Shown: positions 44,089 to 58,536, numbered from the stretch's first letter. The stretch is DNA of 64,000 nt from Eledone cirrhosa (GCA_964016885.1 OZ024749.1:19158001-19222000), one strand, 5' to 3'. Notes: generated by a model from the letters alone, not told the origin. Made by a program: numbers and translations.

Positions 44089-44605
44089 ATATATATATAT
44101 ATACACACATACATACATATATATATACAATGATGCTACTGCATATATATATATATACACACATACATACATATATATATACATATACATATTTTTTCAA
44201 AAATTGCAAAGAATATATTAACTAGGTATACATCCAAAACCTATCTCAGTATTTGTAGGGCCATATTTGTTTCATTATATATGTTTCAGGGATGTCATAT
44301 TGACGATGTGTTGTGCCTTCTTCAGACAAAATACAATATAGACAGTTTTATAAATAAATAGATTTGACATACCGTTCAACATCGACTTGTATTTGAAAAG
44401 TTAATTTGGCAGTATTTTGTCTGAGGAGGGCATAACATATTGTTAGTGTGATGTCCCTGAGGTATGTATGATGAGATAGATGTGGTTTTGTAGATGTAGT
44501 TTCCATTTACTTAGTATCGTAAATATACTCCAAATACTTGTTGAGTGCTTTTATATCAGTTATAAATATTTACTAGTTGTAACCCAACAATTTAAATATA
44601 ACTTT

Positions 44606-44653
<48 letters not shown>

Positions 44654-44695
44654 AGTTGATGTGTGTATGTGTATATATATATATGTATGTATATG

Positions 44696-44746
<51 letters not shown>

Positions 44747-44836
44747 ATATATGTGTATATGTATGTGTGTGCATATTTGTCTGACTGTGTGTATTAATTT
44801 ATTTATTTATTTATTTATTTTATTTCTTTATTTTTT

Positions 44837-44872
<36 letters not shown>

Positions 44873-44875
44873 TAT

Positions 44876-44940
44876 AGGAACCAGTAAGACCCCGACAGCT
44901 GAGCTCAAGCCGTTTCGACGGCTAATTCTGGACTTATTCG

Positions 44941-44943
<3 letters not shown>
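44876..44943. mobile_element. Tiny PLE-4 derivative
   Basis: Identical to 36231-36291, followed by the PLE-4 right terminus ttcgtta. Confidence 0.8.
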
Positions 44944-45004
<61 letters not shown>

Positions 45005-45274
45005 ATATGTATGTGTATGTATATGTGTGTGTATGTGTGTATATATTTATATGTGTATATGTATCTCTATTTATATATGTATATATGTGTATGTATATCC
45101 CTTTATTTATGTATGTCTGAGTTGTGTGAGCGTGTGGTTGTGTTTGTATGTGTATACGCATTCATGGATGTGTATGTATGTGTATATATGCGTATATGTA
45201 TGTGTGTGTGTGTATATATGTATGTCTATGTATGAGTATGTATGTGTATGTATGTGTATATATATATATGTGTA

Positions 45275-45311
<37 letters not shown>

Positions 45312-45407
45312 TATATTATATATGTGTGTGTGTATATATATATATATATATCTTTGTATGTGTGTATGTGTATATGTGTGTATGTATGTGTGTATATATA
45401 TATATGC

Positions 45408-45455
<48 letters not shown>

Positions 45456-45462
45456 GTGTGTA

Positions 45463-45521
<59 letters not shown>

Positions 45522-45763
45522 TGTGAATGTATATATATATGTATGTGTGTATATATATATATATGTATATGTGTGTATATATGTATATGTCTATGTATTT
45601 ATATGTGTATATGTATGTGTCTCTATATGTATGCGTGTGTGTATGTGTATATGTATTTATATGGTGTGTGTATGTATATGTATGTATATGTATATAAGTG
45701 TATGTGTATATATATATATATATGTATATGTATGTATATCGATGTATATTTTATATTTTACTT

Positions 45764-45806
<43 letters not shown>

Positions 45807-46405
45807 CTTAATATTTTTCTTTTTTCTTTTTCTTTTTATTTCTAAATTTATAGATACATTTATAAATAGGCAGTTTGCTGACACCAGTGAATACTGACCT
45901 CTTCCCCCCCCCCATACCTACTTTCTGTATCTGGATCTAAATATGTGTGGCAGTGTTTATGTGCGCGCATTAATGTCCATATGCTTATGATAATGGTATA
46001 TACACATATATGTGTGTGGGGGTGTGTGTGTGTGTATGTATGTTCGTGGTTGTGTGTATGTTTATGCGTTTACGCGCGTGTGTGTGTGAATGTATGTATA
46101 TGTGTGAGTATATGAATGTGTATATATTTATTTTTATATTTATATGTTTATATGCGTATACGTATTTTATCTGTAGATTATAAACATACAGAGACATTAG
46201 CCCTGAATTTTTGTTTTTACATACATCTTTTCGGCATGCGTATGCATGTGAACATATATATTTTTATGCATATCTGTGAACGAAGTTACTTACATATATA
46301 CATACACCTAACTGTATAAACTTTTTGTGTTTTCATTGGTCAATTTGAACTCTGTTCCCAAACAGACCTGTAATTTTGAATTGTTGTTATTATCAATAAA
46401 TATAT

Positions 46406-46559
46406 TTCATTATTTCTGAAGACGGCATATATATGTGTTGGTATGTATATTTAAATTTGATAGTTTGTATAATTTTGTATAATTTTGTACATAGATCTGT
46501 TGAATATGCATGCCAATTCTAACACATATATATCCTAGAAACGATCGTTAAATAATGAA
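46406..46559 (+). ncRNA. Hammerhead with extended stem II, PLE-5 5' pLTR
   Basis: ttcattattt-CTGAAGA-cggcatatatatgtgttgg...ctaacacatatatatccta-GAAA-cgatc-GTT-aaataatgaa; palindromic stem III. Confidence 0.82.
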
Positions 46560-46909
46560 CTTTTTTTGTTTAATATAAGGAACTGTTTCATTGTTTTATT
46601 CATTATTTTTTTAATATTTTATCTTGACTCTGTATTCCGTTTATCTTTCACCGAAAGTGATTTTTCATTGCATCTCTTCTTTCCATGATATCCGGATTAC
46701 ATTGAGTTCTTCATACGGATTGGACACTACCGTAAACTCTTGGTAGATTTATCTACATAATTTTGCTCCTATTTTCACGGAAATATTCTTATTTTTGTAC
46801 TGTATGTGTGTGTTAATTTTATATTTATGTATATACATATATATGTATGATTTTGTAAACCCATATACATTTAGTTGAGCTCTTTCAATTGTCCATCATC
46901 CATATCACA

Positions 46910-49533
46910 ATGGAAAAACAATACTTGGGAACCTCTTTAAAGAACATACCAATACCTTCTAAGGATGACTTACTCCTTATGATTCAAAAAACTAACCAAT
47001 TTATCAGAAGAGTTAGATGGAGGGCCTACCACTTCGATAAAAAATCTAAATATGCAGATAGGAAATATATGTATGATTTCAATACTTACAAGAATCCACC
47101 ACACAACTCTTTGCTTGAAGACTTTGAGAAAGACCTTTTTAATTTAATTAAACACCTCAAATTTAAGAAGTATAAATCTGTCTTTCAAAAAGACCTTGAT
47201 TCTACCCTATTGGACCTAAAAAAGTCTAAAAAAATCCATGTCCACTCGGACAAAACTGGTAACTTGTATCACATGGATATTGAAGATTATAATGAGTTCA
47301 TATATAAAGAACTCAGGAAAAATTATAAAAAATCTAATAATGCGTCACTCACCAACATCAACAACAAAACACACAACATAGTAAAAAAACTAAACATTGA
47401 AGATAGAACTGAACCTTTGGCATTGAAAAGACCACACTTCAACCTGAAGGATCATAAATCAAACTTTAACTCAAATCCTTCTATAAGACTTATATGTCCC
47501 TCCAAATCTGATATTGGAATAATTAGCAAAAAAATTTTGGATAGAGTCATCCCACAAATAAGAAAACATGTTAATTTACCACTCTGGGAAAACACTTCCC
47601 AGGTAATTAACTGGTTTAAAAATATTAGATGTAAATCTTCTGCTTCATTTCTACAATTTGATATAGATAATTACTATTCTTCTATATCACCTATACTCCT
47701 GAACAAAGCATTGATATTTGCTAAAAATAGATCTAACTTAACTTTGGATGACATTAATATTATTACACATGCTAGACTAACACTTATTGAATTTCAGAAT
47801 GAATACTGGACCAGAAACACATATAGTAATCTATTTGATATTACTATGGGTTCAAGCGATTCCGCCCAAATTACTGATCTTGTGGGCCTCTTTCTCCTTT
47901 TCAACATAAATGCTTCCTTTCCCCACCTTAAAGGTGGTTTATATCGTGATGACTGTCTTCTTCTTTCCAACAACCTTAGCCTTTCAGAAATAGAAAAAAA
48001 CAAAAAGCATATTAGAACTTTCCTTAAAGACTATTATAGTCTTCATATTACTTTTGAAAAAACAAGTAAAGTAGTAAATTTCCTAGATATAACTTTAGAC
48101 TTAGCTACGGGTATCTACCAACCTTACCATAAACCCAACCAAAACTTACACTACATACACTCACAATCTAATCACCCTAAATCTATCCTTAAAAACCTTG
48201 CATATAATATATCACTTAGAATTTCTAACCTTTCTTCTAACCAAGATGTATTTGATAAAAATGCGACCTTCTATAACGAAGCTCTAGATAGAAGTGGCCA
48301 CAAAAATAGATTAGAATATATACCTTCTACTAAAAATACTATAAACATACAACCTAATATTACCAACAAACACCAAATGAAAAGTACACACCTAAATGCC
48401 ACCCACACTATACCCCAAAATAACAACAACTCTTCTAATATAAAGTATAGTAACTCTCAAAAAACTACTCATCATACAACTCTAATAAATGTTAATAATA
48501 AAACTCCTAATAAACAAGATAAAACACCTAAATCTATAAATCTAACTAAAAATGTGCGTGGTGAGATCATTAACATTAATCCTCCTAGTAAACATCACGA
48601 TACAACCTATAAAAATAATAAACAACATAGAAACCGTAATAGACGAGTTACTTGGTATAATGCTCCATTTAATTTACAAATTAAGGATAATATTGCCAAA
48701 AAATTTTTTTATATCCTAGAGAAAAACTTCCCGCCAAACCACAAATACCATCAAATCTTAAATAGGTCTACAGTTAAATTCTCATACTCAACAACCAATA
48801 ACTGTTTCTACTTTAGGCACAAGGCCAGCAATTACCCAGTGCATTACTGGTACTTTATTTTATCGACCCCGTAAGGATGAAAGGCAAAGTCAACCTCGGC
48901 GGGATTTGAACTCAGATCGTAAAGGGACGTAACTATGCTGGAAAGCATGGTGTCCGACTCTCTACCGATACTGCCAATCCACCAACCAATAACATAAAAC
49001 AAAATATAAGTGCCTATAATGCATATAAATGTAAGAATACCATAAGTATACCACCAATACATCAAACTAACCATAATATCTCCTCAAATACAGAATTAAC
49101 GAAAGGTTCTAACTGTAGAAACAAAGCAAACTGCCCATTAAAAGGAAATTGTCTTGTTAACAACATAGTTTATAAATGTAATGTTAAAACTAAAGATTCT
49201 ATTTGCTCATATATAGGAGCTACTTCTAACAATTTTAAGGTAAGGTTTAATACCCACAAACATAGTTTTAAAAATGCCGCACTGGCTAATACAACATCTC
49301 TAGCAGAAAAAATCAATAGTTATAAAAATAAGAATATAGAATATGATATGACCTGGAGTGTGCTCAAAAGAGCCACCCCTTATCAAAATAATAGAAATGA
49401 ATGTAGATTATGTTCCCAAGAACTTTTTGAAATAATGAAATCTAAGGATATCCTATTAAATAAACGACAGGAATTAATTATATCGTGTAATCATAAACTA
49501 AGAAAAACATTTAAATATTATAAACCTAATTAA
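46910..49533 (+). pseudogene. PLE-5 RT + GIY-YIG ORF (~810 aa) interrupted only by a SINE at 48803-48982
   Basis: SLKNIPIP, HSDKTG, QFDIDNYY, FDITMGSSDS, GLYRDD; downstream of SINE: CPLKGNC, IVYKC, SYIGAT, CRLC, CNHK. Confidence 0.92.
48803..48982 (-). mobile_element. tRNA-derived SINE (Meta-domain-like) with an 11-bp TSD
   Basis: TSD caaccaataac at 48792-48802 and 48983-48993; A box tggcagtatcgg, B box gagttcaaatcc, gactttgcctttcatcc. Confidence 0.9.
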
Positions 49534-49865
49534 TAACATTATTTTAGAAATTAATATATAATTTAATTTAAATGTTAGTTAACCTATAAATTTAATTTAA
49601 TTAAAATTCTACTACAGATGAGATTATAAAATATTGTGTAATCATAAATTGTGAAAAACTTTTAAATATTACTAATATATACTTCGTAAATTAATTTGGT
49701 TAACCTAAAAATTTAATTTAATTGGCTTAAAATTAAAATCCTAATACAGATGGATTGCAGAGTGTCATGTAATCATAGACTGAGATAGGTTTTGGATGTA
49801 TACCTAGTTAATATATTCTTTGCAATTTTTGAAAAAATATGTATATGTATATATATATGTATGTA

Positions 49866-49940
<75 letters not shown>

Positions 49941-50583
49941 GTGTGTATATATTAATTTTAATTTCTGTTTACCTATAATTATATTCTACTATAGATAAAA
50001 TACAATATCTGTTTTAATTATTATAAACCTAATTAACATATACTATAGAAATTAATATATAATTTTTAATTTAGTTAACCTATAATTTATATTCTACTAC
50101 CGATGTAATACTTTATTTGGTTTTTTTCCCTATTACTAAATTAATTTCCTAATATTGATACCATAACGTTAATAATTTTAATTTAGTTATACTATAGTTA
50201 ATACTCTACTACTATTTAACTTCAAAATTCCGCTTCAAATATTATAAACCTAAGTAGTATACACCTTAGAAATCAATATATTAACTATCTTTACTTTAGT
50301 TAACCTATAATTAATAGTCTACTTATATTAAAATGCATAATTTTGCCTTCTTTCTTACATTTCCTAATACTGAAACTACTATGTAAACACATATTATGAT
50401 CTAAATGCAGATTAATATTCTATGTTTCTTGAAACCTATATTTACTATAATCCCCCCCCCCTATTATTATTTGTATTTGTAAGCGTGGATGTATGTATGT
50501 ATATGTAGGTAGGTATGTATGTTTGGGTGTTTGTATGTGAGTATAAAAATACATATGTGCGCATGTAAATAAGGGTGTATGAT

Positions 50584-50622
<39 letters not shown>

Positions 50623-50754
50623 ATGTATGTATATATATATATGCATCTATGTATTTATGTGGGTATATGTGTGTATGTATATGTATGCGCATATATACGT
50701 CTGTGTATATGTGTGTATATGTATATATGTACGTATGTGCGCATGTATATGTGA

Positions 50755-50789
<35 letters not shown>

Positions 50790-51152
50790 CGATATTGAAT
50801 GAATGGAGGCTGTATTTGTAGGGCCATATTTGTTTCATTATATATGTTTCAGGGATGTCATATTGACGATGTGTTGTGCCTTCTTCAGACAAAATACAAT
50901 ATAGACAGTTTTATAAATAAATAGATTTGACATACCGTTCAACATCGACTTGTATTTGAAAAGTTGATTTGGCAGTATTTTGTCTGAGGAGGGCATAACA
51001 TTGTTAGTGTGATGTCCCTGAGATATGTATGATGAGATAGATGTAGTTTCCATTTATTTAGTATCGTAAATATACTCCAAATACTTGTTGAGTGCTTTTA
51101 TATCACTTATAAATATTTACTAGTTGTAACCCAACAATTTAAATATAACTTT

Positions 51153-51190
<38 letters not shown>

Positions 51191-51236
51191 AGTTGATGTG
51201 TGTATGTGTATATATATATATGTATGTATATGTATG

Positions 51237-51267
<31 letters not shown>

Positions 51268-51359
51268 ATATATATGTGTATATGTATGTGTGTGCATATT
51301 TGTCTGATTGTGTGTATTAATTTATTTATTTATTTATTTCTTTTATTTCTTTATTTTTT

Positions 51360-51430
<71 letters not shown>

Positions 51431-51736
51431 ATATATATGTGTGTGTATATGTATGTATGTGTATATGTATGTGTATGTATATGTGTGTGTGTGTGTATGT
51501 GTGTATATATTTATATGTGTATATGTATCTCTATTTATATATGTATATATGTGTATGTATATCCCTTTATTTATGTATGTCTGAGTTGTGTGAGCGTGTG
51601 GTTGTGTTTGTATGTGTATACGCATACATGGATGTGTATGTATGTGTATATATGCGTATATGTATGTGTGTATGTGTGTGTGTGTATATATGTATGTCTA
51701 TGTATGAGTATGTATGTGTATGTATGTGTATATGTA

Positions 51737-51781
<45 letters not shown>

Positions 51782-51792
51782 TATATTATATA

Positions 51793-51823
<31 letters not shown>

Positions 51824-51990
51824 CTTTGTATGTGTGTATGTGTATATGTGTGTATGTATGTGTGTATATATATATATGCATATATATATATATATATATA
51901 TATATGTGTATATATGTATATATATATATATGTGTGGGTATGTATGTGTATGTGTGTATATACATGAGTGTGTTTATATATGTGTATAGA

Positions 51991-52033
<43 letters not shown>

Positions 52034-52279
52034 TGTGAATGTATATATATATGTATGTGTGTATATATATATATATATATATGTGTGTATATATGTATAT
52101 GTCTATGTATTTATGTGTATATGTATGTGTCTCTATATGTATGCGTGTGTGTATGTGTATATGTATTTATATGGTGTGTGTATGTATATGTATGTATATG
52201 TATATAAGTGTATGTATGTATATATATATATATATATATGTATATGTATGTATATCGATGTATATTTTATATTTTACTT

Positions 52280-52340
<61 letters not shown>

Positions 52341-52343
<3 letters not shown>

Positions 52344-52397
52344 CTCTTTTACCTGTTTCAGCCATCCGGCTGAGGCCATGCTGGGGCACCGCCCTTG
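52341..52397 (-). mobile_element. CR1 3' tail fragment
   Basis: Reverse complement of 54183-54240. Confidence 0.85.
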
Positions 52398-52419
52398 ATA
52401 TATATTTTCTTAATATTTT

Positions 52420-52525
52420 TCTTTTTTCTTTTTCTTTTTCTTTTTCTTTTTCTTTTTCTTTTTCTTTTTCTTTTTCTTTTTCTTTTTCTTTTTCTTTTTC
52501 TTTTTCTTTTTCTTTTTCTTTTTCT
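52420..52525. repeat. (TTTTTC)n hexanucleotide expansion present only in the 3' pLTR copy
   Basis: Compare 45815-45840. Confidence 0.9.
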
Positions 52526-53080
52526 TTTACCTGTTTCTTTCTAAATTTATAGATACATTTATAAATAGGCAGTTTGCTGACACCAGTGAATACTGACCTC
52601 TTCCCCCCCCCCCCACCTACTTTCTGTATCTGGATCTAAATATGTGTGGCAGTGTTTATGTGCGCGCATTAATGTCCATATGCTTATGATAATGGTATAT
52701 ACACATATATGTGTGTGGGGGTGGTTGTGTGTATGTTTATGCGTATACGCGCGTGTGTGTGTGAATGTATGTATATGTGTGAGTATATGAATGTGTATAT
52801 ATTTATTTTTATATTTATATGTTTATATGCGTATACGTATTTTATCTGTAGATTATAAACATACAGAGACATTAGCCCTGAATTTTTGTATTTACATACA
52901 TCTTTTCGGCATGCGTATGCATGTGAACATATATATTTTTATGCATATCTGTGAACGAAGTTACTTACATATATACATACACCTAACTGTATAAACTTTT
53001 TGTGTTTTCATTGGTCAATTTGAACTCTGTTCCCAAACAGACCTGTAATTTTGAATTGTTGTTATTATCAATAAATATAT

Positions 53081-53234
53081 TTCATTATTTCTGAAGACGG
53101 CATATATATGTGTTGGTATGTATATTTAATTTTGATAGTTTGTATAATTTTGTATAATTTTGTACATAGATCTGTTGAATATGCATGCCAATTCTAACAC
53201 ATATATATCCTAGAAACGATCGTTAAATAATGAA
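53081..53234 (+). ncRNA. Hammerhead, PLE-5 3' pLTR
   Basis: Copy of 46406-46559. Confidence 0.82.
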
Positions 53235-53469
53235 CTTTTTTTGTTTAATATAAGGAACTGTTTCATTGTTTTATTCATTATTTTTTTAATATTTTATCTT
53301 GACTCTGTATTCCGTTTATCTTTCACCGAAAGTGATTTTTCATTGCATCTCTTCTTTCCATGATATCCGGATTACATTGAGTTCTTCATACGGATTGGAC
53401 ACTACCGTAAACTCTTGGTAGATTTATCTACATATATATATATGATATATATATATCAAATATATATAT

Positions 53470-54247
53470 CAAAATCGATACGAGACCTGGGCATAGACAT
53501 GAGCGATGATGCATCTTTTTCTTCACACATCATGAAGGTGGCGAGAACATGTAGACGATTCGCTGGCTGGATCTTGAGGACTTTCCTTACAAGAGATCGA
53601 GACACCATGTTGACACTGTGGAGGACTTTTGTCCTAAGCCGCCTGGACTACTGCTCCCAGCTGTGGTCACCCCATAGTGTCAAACTAACCACGGAGCTTG
53701 AGGCAATCCAGCGAAGCTACACCAAGAGGATTGCCAAGATGAGGGAGACAAGCTACTGGGAGAGGCTAAAGGAACTGAACCTCTACTCCTTGGAGCGAAG
53801 ACGGGAGAGATACGCAGTGATCTACATGTGGAAAATCCTGGATGGACTAGCACCAAACTTTGGCATTGGGAGCTGGACCAACCGTCGAACAGGACGTCAC
53901 TGTGTGGTGCCAAAGGTCCCGTCTTCCACATCTAGAATAAGGAGCAGGTATTGCAATAGCCTGGGATTCAAGAGCCCTCAACTCTTCAACAGGCTGCCGA
54001 GGCATCTGCGAGACTTGCATGACGTGGAGGTGGATGTCTTTAAGAAACATCTCGACACCTTGTTATCCAGGATCCCGGATGAGCCCACAGCAAGACACGA
54101 GGGAAACCTAAGGGCAGCAGCAACAAACTCCCTCCTACACCAGTGGCCAACCTATACAGGCTGGAGATAAAATGTGTAGCAACAAGGGCGGTGCCCCAGC
54201 ATGGCCTCAGCCGGATGGCTGAAACAGGTAAAAGAGTAAAAGAGTAA
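53470..54247 (+). mobile_element. 5'-truncated CR1-clade LINE (RT C-terminal region, open to 54170; tail gtaaaaga repeats)
   Basis: RDLGI, WILRTF, RLDYCSQLWSP, LEAIQR, YWERLKELNLYSLERRR. Confidence 0.88.
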
Positions 54248-55029
54248 TATGATATATATATATAGATATATATCATATATATATATATATATATGATATA
54301 TATATATATATCATATATATATATCATATATATATATCATATATATATATCATATATATATATATCATATATATATATCATATATATATATCATATATAT
54401 ATATCATATATATATATCATATATATATCATATATATATATATATCATATATATATATATATCATATATATATATATATCATATATATATGTATATATAT
54501 ATCATATATATATATGATATATATATATATATATGATATATATATATATATATGATATATATATATGATATATATATATATATATGATATATATATATAT
54601 ATATATGATATATATATATGATATATATATATATATATGATATATATATATGATATATATATATATATGTGATATATATATATGTGATATATATATATAT
54701 GATATATATGTAATATATATATGATATATATATATATATATGATATATATATATGATATATATATATATATATATGATATATATATATGATATATATATA
54801 TATATATATGATATATATATATGATATATATATATATGATATATATATATATGATATATATATATGATATATATATATATACATATATGTGATATATATA
54901 TATGTGATATATATATATATGATATATATTTTTATATATATGTAATATATATATATATGATATATATATATATATGTAATATATATATATATGATATATA
55001 CATATATATATGATATATATATATATGAT

Positions 55030-56279
55030 ATATTTAATACAATAACAGAGAAAGCTTTAAGCTAAACTCTGACTGGTGACCATCTCACTCAACAAACATT
55101 AGGATATACGTTAGTATAATCCCAATTTTGTGTTTGGGGTGCTAACTATATGTATTTTGTGTAAAGCCAGTTGTATTATTTTATATGAGACATAATTAAA
55201 ATTAAAATATATCTCTCTTTCCAAACAATTGTTTCGTTATAAGTTTTCTACAAGTTGGGAGAATGTTTCCGGTTAATGTAGAAGCCTACTTATTTTTCTG
55301 TAAGAACATATGCAGGTGGGCACTTATAAATCATCAGTCGATGCACATTAAACTTTGATATAAGAAAAAATTTCTTACCGCAGTTATTTTTCGTGTCCAC
55401 TAAGTCGTCCCTTCACGCATCAAATGACCGCCAAATTGGAAATTCCAGCAGTCTTTAGACTGAGGAATATCACAGCATCACGAAGCGGAAAAGGGAGGCA
55501 ATTGCGGATCACAAGAAAGTAAAATAATATACACGTGGGTTAATTAGTTTTTTCAAAAACAATATCAATCCTGCGTGTTAAGAACTCAATTAATTTTAAA
55601 AAAATAAATGTATGCATGTATTGATTACACACGCATATAGATATTTTCTTAGGCTAAAAACAGAGAAGTGATACCTAAATAACAAACAATATCTCATAAT
55701 AGTAATAAATACGGAAAGTTACGTTTAAAAGGTATCTGGAAATATAATTCTCTGGCCAAATCAAGAGTAAAATATTTAATACAATAACAGAGAAAGCTTT
55801 AAGCTAAACTTTGACTGGTAACCATCTCACTCAAAAAACATTAGGATATACGTTAGTATAATCCCAATTTTGTGTTTGGGGTGCTAACTATATGTATTTT
55901 GTGTAAAGCCAGTTGTATTATTTTATATCAGACATAATTAAAATTAAAATCTCTTTCCAAACAATTGTTTCATTATAAGTTTTCTACAAGTTGGGAGAAT
56001 ATTTCCGGTTTATGTAGAAGCCTACATATTTTTCTGTAAGAACATATGCAGGTGGGTACTTATAAATCATCAGTGGATGCCCATTAAACTTTGATACAAG
56101 AAAAAATTTCTTACCGCAGTTATTTTTCGTGTCCGCTAAGTCGTCCCTTCACGCATCAAATGACCGCCAAATTTGAAATTCCAGCAGTCTTTAGACTGAG
56201 GAATATCACAGCGTCACGAAGCGGAAAAGGGAGGCAATGGCGAATCACAAGAAAGTAAAATAATATACACGTGGGTTAA
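55030..56279. repeat. Partial tandem repeat (~742-bp unit, ~1.7 copies) flanked by (TA)n
   Basis: 55030-55542 repeated at 55772-56279. Confidence 0.88.
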
Positions 56280-56709
56280 TATATATATATATATGATATA
56301 TATATATATATATGATATATATATATATATATATATATGATATATATATATATATATATATATGATATATATATATATATATAAATATGATATATATATA
56401 TATAAATATGATATATATATATATATATGATATATATATATATATATATGATATATATATATATATGATATATATACTGTATATATATATATGATATATA
56501 TATATATATATGATATATATATATATGATATATGATATATATATATATATGATATATATATATATATATATGATATATATATATATATATGATATATATA
56601 TATATATATATGATATATATATATATATGATATATATATATATATATATGATATATATATATATATATATGATATATATATATATATGATATATATATAT
56701 ATATATATG

Positions 56710-56743
<34 letters not shown>

Positions 56744-56980
56744 ATGATATATATATATATATGATATATATATATATATGATATATATATATATATATAT
56801 ATATGATATATATATATATATATGATATATATATATATGATATATATATATATGATATATATATATATGATATATATATATATTAAATATATATATATTA
56901 TATATATATATATGATATATATATATATGATATATATATATATGATATATATATATATATGATATATATATATATATATG

Positions 56981-57023
<43 letters not shown>

Positions 57024-57037
57024 ATATATATATATGA

Positions 57038-57122
<85 letters not shown>

Positions 57123-57205
57123 ATATATATGATATATGTATATATATATATGATATATATATATATGATATATATATATATATATATATGATATATATAT
57201 ATATA

Positions 57206-57250
<45 letters not shown>

Positions 57251-57263
57251 ATATATATATATA

Positions 57264-57584
57264 AATGTGTTGAGAGAAAAACTGTGTCTGAGAGGGATAG
57301 AATGTAGTGTACGGGAGAGGAGACTGAGGTGGTATGGACATGTGATGCGCATGGAGGATGACCGATGGGTGAAGAAGTGCCAGGAAATGCCAGTTGAAGG
57401 AAGACGTGGTAGAGGTAGACCACGAAAAACATGGGCGGAGGTGGTGAGAACAGACCTCAGATCATTGAAGCTCACGGTGGAGATGACGAGGGACCGTGAC
57501 GAGTGGAGAGATGCTGTGCTGTTTAAGACCCGTCCCACCCTTGCAAGCAGGGAAAAGCGGACGTAAAATGATGATGATGATGAT
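57264..57584 (+). mobile_element. RTE LINE 3' fragment, subfamily C
   Basis: [13 protein letters not shown]...GRGRPRKTW; (GAT)n tail. Confidence 0.9.
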
Positions 57585-57587
57585 ACA

Positions 57588-57640
<53 letters not shown>

Positions 57641-57655
57641 ATATATATATATATG

Positions 57656-57686
<31 letters not shown>

Positions 57687-57724
57687 ATATATATATATAT
57701 GATATATATATATATATATATATA

Positions 57725-57871
<147 letters not shown>

Positions 57872-58008
57872 ATATATATATATATGATATATATATATGA
57901 TATATATATATGATATATATGATATATATATATATATATGATAAATATATATCATATATATATATATATGATAAATATATATCATATATATATATATATA
58001 TATATATC

Positions 58009-58039
<31 letters not shown>

Positions 58040-58043
58040 TATA

Positions 58044-58536
58044 CAGTCAGTAGGCATCTCTATCAAAACACACACCCCCCCGTCCCACCACCTCCACCCC
58101 ATCCACACCGCCCCTTTCAATGTACAGTTATGTTGGTCCCACAACATCCAGGCCGAAACAAATGAGATCGTGTAGGTGTCACGACAAAAAAACACACAGT
58201 CCACGCTGTAAATGTGGCCGTGTAGGCAACACGGTAAAAACCTCCCAGCCCCACACTGTAAATGTGGTTGGTGTTAGGAAGGGCATCCAGCTGTAGAAAA
58301 CCCGCCAGACAGTCCACGCTGTAATGTGGCCGTGTAGGCAACACGGTAAAAACCTCCCAGCCCCACACTGTAAATGTGGTTGGTGTTAGGAAGGGCATCC
58401 AACTGTAGAAAACCCGCCAGACAGTCCTATGCGAGCAAGACAACCACTCTTGCCTCAAGTGGGAAAACCCCCGTCCAAACCCATGCAAGCGTGGAACACG
58501 GACGCTAAACCTGGTGATGATGATGATGATGATGAT
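58044..58536 (+). mobile_element. RTE subfamily A 3' UTR with ~116-bp internal duplication
   Basis: Homologous to 39711-40077. Confidence 0.88.

Larger units (their letters stand above)
35408..53434 (+). mobile_element. Naiad-type PLE-5 composite: inverted 3'UTR copy 35408-44250 (with nested insertions), direct pLTR 44249-46759, ORF 46910-49533, ~3.9-kb 3' UTR/pLTR 49534-53434
   Basis: 44250-46759 repeated at 50812-53434; 35408-44250 is the reverse complement of 49778-53298 after removing insertions; 3' end ctacata(TA)n. Confidence 0.88.
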
